From Eledone cirrhosa (Eukaryota), in NCBI GenBank assembly GCA_964016885.1, contig OZ024751.1:48856001-48920000 (forward strand): DNA of 64,000 nt. The letters run 5' to 3'. The position numbers and the translations under genes are program-made. The notes under the pieces were generated by a model. The model was given only the letters and a program-made list of their open reading frames with translations, was not told the origin of the DNA and ran no database searches. Shown here piece after piece: positions 1-13,968 of the stretch; position 1 is the stretch's first letter, and every line of letters begins with the position of its first letter.

Positions 1-87
1 CAAATTTACTTACAAACCCAATAGGTATATACGTATCTGCACAATTGAAAATTACTGAAACTTTCATTTCAAATAATTGCATGGTTA

Positions 88-131
<44 letters not shown>

Positions 132-138
<7 letters not shown>

Positions 139-488
139 AAAAAGAGATGAAATCGAAAATGCAACTGGAGTCTTATTTAAAAAAAAAAAATATTTATTTG
201 GTTCCTTTACCGGTTTCGCAGTTTTTCTGCTTTTCAAAAGTAGAGTTGAGATGGAGGGTCTGTGGTTTTTCTCACATCTGATGTGAGAAAAACCACATAC
301 CTTCCATCTCAACTCTACTTTTGAAAAGCAGAAGAACTGCGAAACCGGTAAATGAACCAAATAAATATATTTTAAAAAAAAATAAGACTCCAGTTGCATT
401 TTCGATTTCATCGCTTTTTCTTTATACTTTCACTCGTGTAGCACACCTCAGTTATTTTTCAATTTGTAAAAAAAACCTCACTTTCTAA
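132..488 (+). mobile_element. Foldback (Penelope pLTR/retrozyme-like) element, family A
   Basis: Near-perfect palindrome 132-426 centred at 279, unpaired tail 427-488, (TA)n on both sides; hammerhead fold in each arm. Confidence 0.8.
318..353 (+). ncRNA. Minimal type-I hammerhead ribozyme motif, U3:A8 core variant (mirror copy 205-240 on minus)
   Basis: ctt-TTGAAAA-GCAG aagaa CTGC-GAAA-C CG G-TA-aat; stem I pairs better in the mirror copy (ctt/aag). Confidence 0.65.
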
Positions 489-509
489 TATATATATATA
501 TATATATAC

Positions 510-810
510 TGAGGATGAAAAACTAAGAGCTGTATGGGAGCCTCCTCCCAAGAGTCAGCTCAAAAGTGACACAGAGGTGACTGAGTTAGCTGGACATGCT
601 CACCGACATCCAGAGTTGACATTGCACTCAGTGCACCTGTGGGAGCCCCTACATGGACACACTGGAAGAGGAAGGCCAAGGTTAACGTATGTAGATGCCC
701 TAAGGACACACACTGGTCTGTTGGAGACGCAGGACATGGCAACAATAATGAGAGACAGAGACGGCTGGAGAGAACTGGTCCATGGATCTCGGGAATTTTA
801 CCCGCCCTAG
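510..810 (+). mobile_element. RTE-clade LINE 3' fragment
   Basis: Encodes LAGHAHRH..LWEPLHGHTGRGRPRLTYVDAL..MRDRDGWRELV*, typical of the RTE ORF C-terminus; 5'-truncated, flanked by (TA)n. Confidence 0.75.
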
Positions 811-921
811 AAATATATATATATATATATATATATAGCCTTGCCTAGTGAGTACGTTGAGATGCAAGCGGTACTAGCATGGAAACCTTATGCTAGTCCC
901 GTCAACCTCTTATTATATATG

Positions 922-976
<55 letters not shown>

Positions 977-1644
977 TAATATAAATTTAGCGAGAATCGC
1001 ATTTCCGCGGGTAGAAATTAGCGAAACGCAACTTCCGTATTGTGCAGACAAGCGCTCCATGGATATGAAGAAGAAGAAGATACCAGAGCTATAAACATAA
1101 GTTAAAATGGTCATACACACTGAGACGATGGTTAAGAAGCCTCTTATTATATATGTATGTACCTTAGCCAAAAAAGCGAACAGGCTAAACGGGTCAAACA
1201 AAACAGTTATGATTGAAATGGTTACCCGGACCCTCGGGGAAGATGGAATACTCCGAAATTGGGTTTATGCAACACCTAAATCAATAATACTGTCTGCTTA
1301 TAAAAAATAAGCTTTTGGTATAATGATCGAACAAGGCATCGCTTTCACAACATGTCTTTGTTCTTCGTGCGCCAGAATCTCACAGGTTATGAAAGCACAT
1401 GTGAGGTTCTAAGGGGAGAAAGCTCCTATTTTGGCCAGTGAATTCAGCATGTGTAGTTATTGCAAACATTTGCAAAAACCGCACAAAACAAATTAAGCTC
1501 TTGACCGAGTTGTTTTTAAAATAAACTTAAGCGATCAATCAGTCAATAGCATTAACTAAAAAAAAAACCCCAAAAATTAACTGGTTAATCGCTTGACTTT
1601 GGAGATTAATACAAATATAAATTTAGCGAGAATCGCATTTCGGC

Positions 1645-1717
<73 letters not shown>

Positions 1718-1790
1718 GATAGATAGATAGATAGATAGAGATAGAAAGATTGATAGATAGATATACATAGATATATAGAAAGATAGATAA

Positions 1791-1890
1791 TTTTCTTTTT
1801 ATTTGCCACCAGGGCATCAAAAAGTGGGACATGTAAAATGGGGGGAGTTTACATAACAAGGCGTCCTCAATAAGGAGGAGGCAATAACAA
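1791..1890 (-). mobile_element. Short 3'-end fragment of a Tx1-like LINE
   Basis: 1791-1857 resembles 1981-2048 (3' end of the adjacent LINE); also abuts (GATA)n. Confidence 0.55.
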
Positions 1891-2220
1891 AATATAAAAA
1901 AAGATAGATAGATAGATATACATAGATAGATAGAAAGATTGATATATATATAGATAAAATTATAGATAGATAGATAGATATGTTTCTTTATTAGCCACAG
2001 GGGCACAAAAGAAGGGGACAAATACAAAGGGGGAAGTTTACATACAATAAAAACGTGTAAAATGTTATCACAAATGCAATTTAAAAAGTTAGTCGATTTT
2101 CCCCAATAGCGGGAGACAGTTTATATGGGTAACACATACCCCCGAAAAAAATGTGCAACCCTCATCTCCAGGAGTACGTAGTGCTTGTACTCCTTTCCTC
2201 TCCTCCTCCTTTTCCTCAAC

Positions 2221-5200
2221 CTACAGGCTGATATAGAGAGAAGGCCCATTCACTCGGGCCATTCTCGCCACTTTCACCCACCTTTCATAAAACATCTCTC
2301 TCTCCATTCTGATTCTTCTTCCAAAGTGGTATTTGAAAAAAAGAATCAGTTGTTGGCCGGAGAGAAAGGTGTCTGACCTCAGCCCTTTCAACCTTGTCCA
2401 CCATACAACCTCTTTCGCCATAGCTATCACACAAAGGAAAACCGCATCTCCTTCGTTTTTGAAGGAGGGTGGCGGTTTGATCATGACAATGGACTCGGTG
2501 GTCAACCGGATTGGTCCCACCCGCGACAATAGTCGTTCTACATAGCCCACAGGTCAGTGACGCCCGGGCAATGTATGAATGCGTGCGCGACGGTTTCTTC
2601 GTCTCGCACGCACCTTGGACAGTTCTTTTTTGCAGGGTCCCTGCCCGGGCGCCCAATTCTGTAGAGCTTGTCTCGAACTGGTAGAGCGCCTCGGTAGCAC
2701 TGCCAGGCCAGGGACATGGAAGTTGTTCATCGGTCCCGGGCGGAAGGTCCTACCGAACAGACTGGCCAGTTCATCTTCCTCTACGCCTAGAGTTTCACCG
2801 AGCGCCTCGTCGCACTTGCTGCGGATCAACCCTCTATACAATGACGAAGTGGAGTCTCCACTGATCGCCGGGTCCGCCTGCCAGAGGGCTGTGAGCGCCT
2901 GAGCACATTCGATGTGCCAATCGACCATTTTCCTCGGTCTTTGCTTGACCCAGGACTGCAGCTCGGTCAGCGAGACGAGTCGTGGGGCCCACACCGGTTG
3001 TCCGGTGAGGAATATGTAGAGATGCCGCAGCCTGAGCGCATCCCCAGCCCTCCGTTAGAAGGGTGTTGGCAGCAGATGGATCTTCTCACCAAAGGAGCCC
3101 GCCTCTTCCAAAGGAATTGGAGGAGCGCGCGTTCCACTTTGGCGAGCGTTTTGGCTGGACAATGCACGACGGTCAAGCGGTAGTAGATGGCGGACGCTAT
3201 AAAAGTGTTCGCCACCTACGCTCGACCTTTCAAGGATAGTTTGCACTCGGCCTACTTCTGGGTGAGTGCAAATACCTTGGCCGTCACTTCGTTCCAATTC
3301 TTCTCCACCTGGAGGTCCGGATCAAACCAGACCACGAGCAGCTTTACCGGTCCTTCCGTCCAGCGTCCGACGACGCCATCGGAAGGCATCGGTTTGCCTC
3401 TCTACGATCCGGGTTGCAAACCGATGGACTTGTCCCGGTTCAGCTTCACTCCTGTGAAACTTTCGTATTCCTTCACTGTCACGTAGTCGGCGTAGGCTGA
3501 TGCCGCTTTCCGCAGTCCTGGTTCCAGAGGGATGCATGCAATAGCTCCAACTTCCGCAGTAGTGGCTCGAGAGTCAGTACATACAGAAGGGAGGAGAGAG
3601 GGCATCCCTGTGGAATGGATCGCGTGATATGGAACGGCTCCGAGAGGTAGCCGTTCACCTTGACCCTTGAGCAGATGTTGCTGTTGTGCATTGCAGAAAT
3701 CCAGCCCCTGAACACGGGTCCGAAGCCTGCCGCCTCGAGCACCGCATCCAGGTAACGATGGTCAACCCTATCGAAAGCCTTAGACTGATCCAAGTTGATC
3801 AGGGCCCCACCGAAGCCGGGTTTACACCCTACCCTCTCTATGATGTATCGCATGAGGTGGAGGTTGTCGTGTATGGACCTGGTCGGGATTGCGCATGTCT
3901 GCGCTTCTCCCACCAGGTTCTCGACGACAAGCGCCAGCCTCTTTGCCAACACCTTGGCCAAAATCTGTAACTCTCTGTTTAGCAGAGTTATGGGCCGGAA
4001 GTTGCCTATGTCATTCCCATTATTCTTGTCCTTCCTGATTAGTGTGACCACGCTCCCGGTTACAGAACTGTGAATTCTCCCGTTCTGTTGCCAGTTGCAG
4101 TAGACCGCTTCCAGGAGACCGGAGATTAAGTCCGGCATTGCTACGTAAAATTCGTAGGGTAGACCGTCGAGACCTGGAGATTTGCGTTTGCCGCATTGGC
4201 TCAGCGCGTCCCCTATCTCAGCGGCTGAAATCGGCTTTGTGCAGAACTTTGCCTCGCTGTCCGAGAGTCGCGGTAGGCCGTCGAGGTATGGACCGAAATC
4301 CATAGGCCCTCCCAGCGCGCCGCACCGCCCGAACAGTTGAGCAAAGTGCCGCTGAAAGGCCGCACACATCTGCCTCGGCTCACGTATCACGCGTCCGTTT
4401 TCGTCCTTCAAAGACCGAATCGTAGACTTGTTGCCACTTTTTGCCTCCGTCACTCGGGCCCAGCTAACAGCTTTGGCTCCCTCGTTTCCCAGAGCACGTA
4501 TTTTTCTTTTGACAACGCAGCCCTCGTACTTTGCGGCGAAGAACTGGTCCAAGGCCGTTCTCGTTGCTCGCACGCTGGCTACGTTGCCACTTCTAATTGC
4601 CTCTTCTACTTTATCTACCAGTTCCTTCTCGGTTCTATTTCTATCTAACGCTAATTCTTTACTAAAGACTAACGAGTCTAATCTAACTGCCCTCTTGAGA
4701 GAGTACCACCATCTGTAGTTGACAATGGCCCCTGTCAAGTGCAGTTTAACTAAAGTGCTAAACCGTCTACTGTAGGCTTTGCTTGTTGGTAACGACAAGT
4801 TCAGCTTCCAGTAGCCGGGTCCTTGTCTATGGGTTCTATCAAGGTTGAGTTTGTGATCTGAATAGGCAACCATGAACATTTGCGGACAGCTTAACATGTC
4901 CCTATCCTTATTTCTAACTAGAACCCTATCTATGTACGATCTAGATGTTCCGCTACGATTAGTCCACGTCCACAGTGTCGCAGTCGGAAAATCTAGTCGA
5001 TATCTATCGGCCAGGTCAAATCGGTCGATTAACTGTTTGAGGCTGTTACACCCCCCTTTATCGGGACATGCTCCCACATAGTCCCAACGTGCATCTAGGA
5101 TTCCATTCCAATCCCCCACTAAAAGCAAGGAGCGGGACGTTCTAGGACCACCAGTCGACCCTCCGGGTCCAGATGTACCGTCTGTGTTACGAGGCTCAGG

Positions 5201-5430
5201 TGTTTCCGCAGCAAAACGGCAACTCCTCCCCCACCCCCCGGTTGACAGAGAGATGCGTAGATCTCAAAGTCATCGAAGATGGGGGCCAGCTGTCGCTCGC
5301 TGTGGATCCTGGACCCGCAAATGGCTACCACATCCATACTGTGCGACCTGAGGTCGTTTAAGAGTTTGCCCTGTTTCCAGGGCATCCCCAGGCCGCGTAC
5401 GTTCACATATCCAACTTTTATATTGGCCAT
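2221..5430 (-). pseudogene. LINE ORF2 remnant (APE endonuclease, reverse transcriptase, CCHC), frameshifted
   Basis: NVRGL, GDWN, SYIDRVLV, SDH (APE); KSPGLDG, FRPITLLN, LDQSKAFDRVDH, QGCPLS, YADY in place of YADD (RT); CPRCVRDEETVAHAFIHC near 2570-2620; split across several frames. Confidence 0.9.
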
Positions 5431-5830
5431 GTTGGTGCTGAAAAGTTAAAAGAGGAAAAGAGATCACTCACCCTTCGTCTCCTGGGGACCACGCCGCACG
5501 ATTTCCATGGGGGTGTTGGAGGGGTTGTCTGGATGGGTGGTCGTTTCCGGCAGGGTGGAGACGAAGATGTTTGGTGGGGTGGGGTCTGGTGGGATGGGGG
5601 TGTCTGGGGTGGGGAGACATTTGAGAAGGACGCGGTTAAGTGGTTTCACGCAGGAATTCCCACATCCTTCTCAAATGTTTCTTTTAGGGACCTATAAGTT
5701 TGTATAGGGACCCTAATCAGTTTTAGGTTCAGTTTTTTGTTATTTTTAATAGAGTGGGCGAAAGTTTTCCCTTCGGTTTTCACCGAAGGGTCGTTCGTGA
5801 TGGTCTCCATTAGTGTTTTGTTTTCAGTGT

Positions 5831-7292
5831 TTAAGTAAGGGTAAGTGTAATTTTCTTGTGTTGTGTTTGTTTTTGTCTGTAGTTTTGTGTGTGCTTTCGT
5901 TTTGTTGTAGGTATTTTTTTTTCAGGAGGTGGGGGTTTTGTTTGTGATGTTTTTGTTGTTTGTGTTGGTGGTTGTATGTTTGTGGTAGTGTTTGCTGTTT
6001 TTTTGCTTTTGTGATGTCTTTTCTTTCTTTTCGAGCGATGGGGTTCTCCCTCGTCTTCACTGGGTGATGGCGAGATAGCCTCATCTGTTGTATCGTCTGT
6101 GTAATTGGGGAGGGGTATGTCTTGGGGAGCTGTTGTGTCTGTATGTGATTTTGCAGTGGTTTTAGGTGGAGTGAGGTTGGGTGGGACTGTGTTTGTTGTG
6201 GTTATTTTTGTGTGTTGGTGTTGTTGTTGTTGTGGTGGTGTTGGTGGTTGTGTTATTTTGATGGGTGTCGGCAGAAGAGCCTTTTTTTGACTCATTAATT
6301 TAGGACAGGAAGCCCTCAGGTGACCCCTGCTAAAGCAATGGTAACATGAAGGCCGCCTACCCTCAACCGAAAAGTTTATGTAGGTGAGTTTGTCCAGGAG
6401 TACACGTTGTGGGATCATAGCTATTCGCTCTGGGCTCATTTGCACCTGAACTTCTATGCTAGTCCCATTGAATAGATCTCTGGGGGACTTTCCTACTGAC
6501 AGTATTCTGTCTTCATCAAAATTAATGAAGCCGCACAGTATCCACTATATGTTCACCTTTGGTATGACACTCGTGATTTTGATCTTTTGTGTCCTTTTTC
6601 CCATGTATGTAGGGAAAAAGGTGTACAGGTTGGATACAATTGGCGACACAGAGTAATTTTGGGCCGTCAATTGATCCTTCATGAGTACCGAAATACTCCC
6701 CAAAAGTTTGCTTCTTTGAATGAATGCAATATGATTCATTGAATTTTTGAAAACCAGTCAATTTCTTTCTGTGACAATTGGACTGGTTTTCGGGTAGAAT
6801 TGGAAACTGTCCTAAAAACTATCGTTTTGAGAGCAGTTTCCTTGCGAATTTCTACCGGAGAATTGATGCTGAAAGCACCATTTTTTTTTAAAGTGACATA
6901 TCTCCTAGCGTCCTTTAAAAGTTGTTCGGCATTTGTTATGTCGAGATATGTCAGTTCCTCCTTTTTCTGAACTGTCTGTGCAAAGGAGATTTTGGTTTCT
7001 TTGTGGAATTATCCGTGTTGGTGGTGTTGTCATTATTGTTGTTATTGTTGTTGTTATTCTTGTTGTCACCGATGTTGATATTATTCGTATTTTCCTTGGT
7101 GTTGGTGTTGTTGTTGTCTTTGATGCTGGTGTTATTGGTGTTGTCTTTATTTTTTTCTTTGTTGTTGTTATCATTGTTGTTTTTATCATTATTATTGGTG
7201 TTGCTGTTATTTTTGTTGTCATTGAACTGTTTGGTGTCATTTGTGTTGTTTGGATAAGAATTTGTTTTTACATTTTCATTTCGTCTTTCCAT
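5831..7292 (-). pseudogene. LINE ORF1 (gag-like) remnant
   Basis: Asn-rich N-terminus, frameshifted middle, CYHCFSRGHLRASC zinc knuckle, Pro/Thr/Lys-rich tail. Confidence 0.75.
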
Positions 7293-7613
7293 CTCTATAG
7301 TATCTATTGAGAAGGAAAGGGAAGAAGACGATGTTGACTGCGAGCTGTAGTCTTACCGACTCTCCACCACCATTATCGTTGAACGCAGCGTTCATAACGT
7401 AATCAAACTTATAATATTTTTTTTCCAAAATTCGATGGAGAAAACATTTTTCAAACGAATATTTCGCCCCTGTAGGGGCGAAAATGAGTTGACCCACCAC
7501 CTGAGGGTCTAGACGGGGGGTCAGGTTACACATTAATATAGAATTTAACTGAAAACTCACGTTTTTTTCTTACATAAATTAACGGAAACTTCTCCGCGAA
7601 CTTACACACGTCT

Positions 7614-7762
<149 letters not shown>

Positions 7763-8164
7763 TAGCTGAGGGTAAGACAGACGCAATTGTATTGGTACAT
7801 AGGTAGATGAGGACTGGGATTCAAACAGACGTTTATATTGCTCATTCACTATTTCACTTTTCCGTTGGGATGCTGCTAAAAGGGAGAACATGTCTTGAAA
7901 CAGAGACTCTCCTATTTAAGCAGAATTTCCCGCTGTCTTTAAGTTGGTAATATACGTGTTTTGAAATATATGTTCTTTCTCTCATAGGAATATTATTGAG
8001 TCTGGGAATTTAATTTTGAGTATGTTGGCATATTTCCCTGGAACAAGTTTTATGTATATGGCTTGCAATATTGACATAAAATGTTTTTAAGTTTTACTTT
8101 CGTGTCTTACGTATATACATGCATATACAGAAAATTACACCCCTCACACACACATTTATGTATC

Positions 8165-8242
<78 letters not shown>

Positions 8243-8306
8243 TGTGTGTGTCTGTGTGTGTCTGCATTTATAGATAGATAGATACATACGCACACACTCA
8301 TGTACG

Positions 8307-8338
<32 letters not shown>

Positions 8339-9027
8339 TACATGCATGTATATATGTATGTATATATGTATATATGTATATATGTATGAATGTATGAAGT
8401 ATGTATGTATGTCTGTATGAATGTATGAAGTATGTATGTATGTACACAAGCGTCTTTTATCAGGAAGTGTATAGGATATTTTAAAACGTTTAAAATTCAA
8501 TGCCTCTCTAAGATTACCGAGAATCAAAAGATCTATTAACACAGAATTTCCTAATGAGTTTTATGTTTGTACAAGACATGTTTAAAAACTTTCTTATCTC
8601 ATGTAATTCAGTTACAAAATAACATGTTATTATTCTCTGTAAAATAAAGTGCGTGAGATTGGCTAAATCGTTAATAAGCCGGATGAAAATAATTGCAGAT
8701 TTTCAATTTGACCTTCTATATTGTGGTTTCAATTTGCTTTCCATTCTTCTGGTGTCTATAAAGTAAAATCTCAATTAATTATGGCAGTCTATACTATCGG
8801 TTTTACTCACTGCAATTCCCAACCAATTGTTTTCTTTGTGCCTAAATTAGAAGCCAGTATTCTTTGTAAAATAAAACACTCATACATGTGTTTTTTTTTT
8901 ATTTTTCATGCATGTTAATTTCAGGAGGAGGTGATTCCATTGATCCATTGATCGCTACAATTGGAAATCTCGTCATTAGAACCGGCACAGATCGAACACT
9001 TAGTATTAAGTGTCCGGCATGAAAATA

Positions 9028-9082
<55 letters not shown>

Positions 9083-9113
9083 GTTATGTAATAAACAACA
9101 TAAGACAATTATT

Positions 9114-9182
9114 CCATTTACCAAAGGTTTCACGAAGACAGACGAGCTTGACACAGACGTCTGAAATCGTCCGTCAAAATGA
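9114..9182 (-). ncRNA. Degenerate hammerhead motif
   Basis: Minus strand: CATT-TTGACGG-ACGA..TCGT-GAAA-CC ttt GG-TA-AATG; three stems present, core deviates (A9G). Confidence 0.45.
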
Positions 9183-9239
9183 AATTTTATTTAAAGCGGA
9201 TGTGAACATGGATTTCAAATCATAGTCTAGAACATTTGA

Positions 9240-9842
<603 letters not shown>

Positions 9843-9891
9843 TATACATATATATATACATATATATATATATACATATATATATATACAC

Positions 9892-9977
<86 letters not shown>

Positions 9978-10912
9978 ATATGTTCCTTCGATAATGAAGG
10001 AAAACAATTCGTATTCTATTTACATAATATATTATTTATTCTTCAAAATCATATATATCAATGCGACTCCACCTCTATTTCACACCACGAAAGTAGTTTT
10101 AAATGTTTAATATTAGTAATTCACGTTTATGTCTGTTTGTTCTTCTCCCTTTTTAAAGAAAAAAAGTGATCGACAAAATAAGTACTGTGGTCTATATGAT
10201 CGACTAAAAAAAGATGTTGCTTCAGAATGTCTACAGTCAAATGACCAAACTAGTAAAAAAAAAACCCAAAACCAATCAAACATAACAAGAATAATTATAT
10301 CAGAATATACTAAATATACAGGAAATTAGATATTTCCATCCAAGTTCGAATAATTGGCACACCAAATAAGGTAAGTTTTCTCATAAAACAGACAGTGATG
10401 TATTTGATATTCTATGAGAAAAACCGGTTGAAATGCTTGATTTATTAAGTAACTAGAAATAAAATATGAAAACGTTTCAATGCTAAATTTTGCAAATTAG
10501 TACATAGTGTCCCGGCCCTCATCAGTGTGGCGGGCCCGGTTTCAAACGCTTATAAGATCTCACTCATAAACAAAATTTCCTTAGTGCATACATAAATATA
10601 TTTAAAGAGATTTTCAGTTGTTTTTTTTAAGATGAACTTAAGAAAAAACAGAAAATAATAATTTACTAGTTATATACATAGAAACGTTTAAGTATTAAAA
10701 TCATCAACTCGTAAAATTGGGAAAACAGGATGTATAGAAGCAAACACACATACACACACACAGACACACACACACAGACATATATATATATATATATATA
10801 TATTTAGATTTAGATAGATATACATGCATATGTGTACATATATATATAGATAGATATACATCTATATGTGTACATATATATATATTTACACACACACACA
10901 CACACACACACA

Positions 10913-11067
<155 letters not shown>

Positions 11068-11429
11068 ATATATATATATGAGTGCGCTTTATTTATAATG
11101 TATACATGTATATACACTTATAAACGTAATGGCAGAAGAGAAGGCGTGGGAACTAAACTGCAATTTGCTGTAAATTTCAACAGGAAGTAAATTCCTTCGT
11201 ATTTTCAATGTAATCTAAGCTGGGTATCAGTTCGTAGCTTATGCGCTGACAACTGGGGTTGTCATTGTCCCCAGCTTGCTGCCCTCACATTTCACATCTT
11301 CAATCTCAACCCATTTTTACTGAACTCAAAAAGAAAAAAACCAATGACAGTCTAGATGTGTTCTTGACACATACTCATATAATTCCACACCCTCAACATT
11401 TTGCTCGGAATTACTGTTGTAAATTACGA

Positions 11430-12200
11430 AGACATACATACATAAATACATGCATAAATACATACAAACATACATACATACATAAATACATACATAAATA
11501 CATACAAACATACATACATACATAAATACATAAATACATACAAACATACATACATAAATACATACAAACATACATACATAAATACATACATAAATACAAA
11601 CATACATACATACATAAATACATACATAAATACATACAAACATACATACATACATAAATACATACATAAATACATACAAACATACATACATAAATACATA
11701 CAAACATACATACATAAATACATACATAAATACAAACATACATACATACATAAATACATACATAAATACATACAAACATACATACATACATAAATACATA
11801 CATAAATACATACAAACATACATACATACATAAATATACACATACAAACATACATACATACATAAATACATACATAAATAGATACATAATTACATACATA
11901 AATACATACATACAAACATCCATAAATTCTTACACACATAAATACATAAATACATTCATACATACATGCATACATACATTACAAACATCCATCAATTCTT
12001 ACACACATACATAAATACATACATACATACATACATACATGCATACATACATACATACATACATACATACATACATTCTTACACACATACATACATTCTT
12101 ACACACATACATAAATACATACGTAGATACAAACATACATAGATACATACAAACATCCATACATTCTTACACACATACATAATATATACATACATACGTA
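11430..12200. repeat. Compound (CATA/TAAA/CAAA)n tetranucleotide array
   Basis: Direct reading. Confidence 0.9.
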
Positions 12201-12304
12201 CGGATGTACGTACTTTTATACTTATTCACATATCTACGTATATACCAACATAAGTACGTTCATATATACACACATATGTATGTTTATATTAACATACATA
12301 CAGC

Positions 12305-12470
12305 GACGGTGATTGTTCCAGTTCGATCAACAGAACAGCCTACTTAGGAAATTAAGGTACCTCTGTCTGAGTATTCCATAGCCACGTGTATACTATGTCA
12401 TTTTCGGTGTGAATCCGCGTGACAGTGTGTGTAACAAGGTTAACCATTTGACTTCCAAGTACAGGCTATC
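12305..12470 (-). mobile_element. Old SINE-like fragment (related segment near 17690-17960)
   Basis: Degenerate shared motif gaaat..ctgagYattc..cgtgaca between the two loci; strand inferred from a decayed tRNA-like head near 17960. Confidence 0.35.
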
Positions 12471-12530
12471 GAACGAGCTTTCAAACAGTTTCATTCGAAA
12501 GTGTAGAAAAAACAGTATGTATATATATAT

Positions 12531-12696
12531 AACGAAGGAGTTGTGGTAAGGGACCAGATGGACCATAACGCACCAGAGTACTCAATACTTAGGGTAGAGA
12601 GTGGGTAATAGGAAAATGTATGACCCCGACGGCAGACCTCAAGCAGTTTCGAGCTGTCCAAACGGCTTGAGCTCTGCCGTCGGGGTCATATATTTA

Positions 12697-12700
<4 letters not shown>
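12531..12700 (-). mobile_element. Truncated foldback element, family C
   Basis: Inverted repeat 12609-12649/12660-12700 holds the hammerhead 3' half (G)AAA-CGGC ttgagctct GCCG-TC; tail 12531-12608 shared with 36135 and 36289. Confidence 0.7.
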
Positions 12701-12761
<61 letters not shown>

Positions 12762-13487
12762 ATAATAATAAATTTGAAGACTAAAATCCAAAGAGGGCTC
12801 GATAAGGGTAAATATATATCAAATATATAAGAACCGTAAAGCAAATATTTATTAAAATAACAGATTAAAGTTATTTTAGGTTATTTTAATTAAAAAAGAA
12901 AAAAGAAAAAAAATATATATATACTAGCAGAAGTACCCGGCGTTGCCCGGGTGTAAGTCGACCTTTGGTCTGTTAGAATGTGTGAAAGTTACTTCCCGCG
13001 CATCACAGGTTCAAACTTCAATGGAAAAAAATAGGTTAGTAGACACAGGTGTGTAATTTATTAATTGTAGTTACACAGTGTATCGTTGAAATTGTTCTCT
13101 GCACGACTGACGGAAGTCAAAATCGCTTGATATTGAATGTTCAGTTAATTTAAAGCAGGGTGAAAATGTCGATTACTTTCAGTTTTTTTTTTTGTTTACA
13201 ATTTTTGCGCTCACATGTACAGAAGGGCCTTTATCTTAACCGCGGTATAATGGCGAGTCTTTTGTGACAGTTTTCAAGAATATAGGACGTTCCTGTAAAA
13301 AGTTTTCCCACGTGTAACTTTGCCTTGTTTTTTTGCGCAAAGTCGAGCCCCGCTTCAGTTTTATTGATTTTTTACATCAATGCGTGATCTCTGAAGTAGA
13401 TTTGAGTAGCTAAAAACCTGTCCCGGTAAATTTGCTATAGGTGAAAAAAAGTTGATCAAAATTGTATCTCGGGTTATTGCCCTTTAC

Positions 13488-13652
13488 CACAGCCTCAAGC
13501 CTCGTCTGACGGGATGTTAGTGATTCCTCCGTCAGCGCTTGTTGGCGACGAAGGCGAACATCAGCAAGCCTTGTCGTACGTGATGTTGATGACTCAACCA
13601 GCCGGGAAAAACGTCTATCAGCGAGTCGAGATTCGCGCTCAGCAGGTGTTTC
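13488..13652 (-). CDS. Helitron-borne mini-gene, coding exon 2 (STPR-like E-[TS]-x3-R-x2-RL repeats)
   Basis: Acceptor ttttctctAG, phase 0 with exon 1; ETPAERESRL..ESSTSRTTRL..ESLTSRQTRL, last two 23 aa apart; candidate donor GTG/GTAAAG. Confidence 0.6.
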
Positions 13653-13887
13653 CTAGAGAAAATTAATTAATTCTACTGGTTAGCTAAGCCAATGGCAGTG
13701 TCAATAGTAAATGAGAAAAGTCTAACATGAACAAAAGGGAATCAAGGTAAGACAATAAATTTAATATAACTACGATTAGAATGTTGAAGTTGCTTAAAAG
13801 TGGTGACAGTTAGGATAAACGCAGTACTTGCTAACATTAAGGGAGAATATTGCATAAAGGATTAATCAATTGTGAATGAACTCATAC

Positions 13888-13968
13888 CTGAGAACGCCTA
13901 ATTCGTTGTCTCAAAGCAATAGCTGTACCTTTTTTGGAGGTAACTCTTGAACGTTTCCGTGTGGGCAT
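13888..13968 (-). CDS. Helitron-borne mini-gene, coding exon 1 (basic N-terminus)
   Basis: ATG at 13968; MPTRKRSRVTSKKGTAIALRQRIRRSQ; donor CAG/GTATGA; upstream acceptor ctctctctaatctaacAG at 13987-13986. Confidence 0.6.

Larger units (their letters stand above)
1981..7613 (-). mobile_element. Full-length, decayed Tx1/L1-clade non-LTR retrotransposon
   Basis: ORF1 with CCHC knuckle and ORF2 with APE, RT and Zn finger; AATAAA next to the 3' end; (GATA)n-type repeats on both flanks. Confidence 0.88.

Noticed and set aside
10468-10545. CTGATGAG and GAAAC on minus, possible hammerhead
   Set aside because: Could not close stem II and stem I with correct spacing
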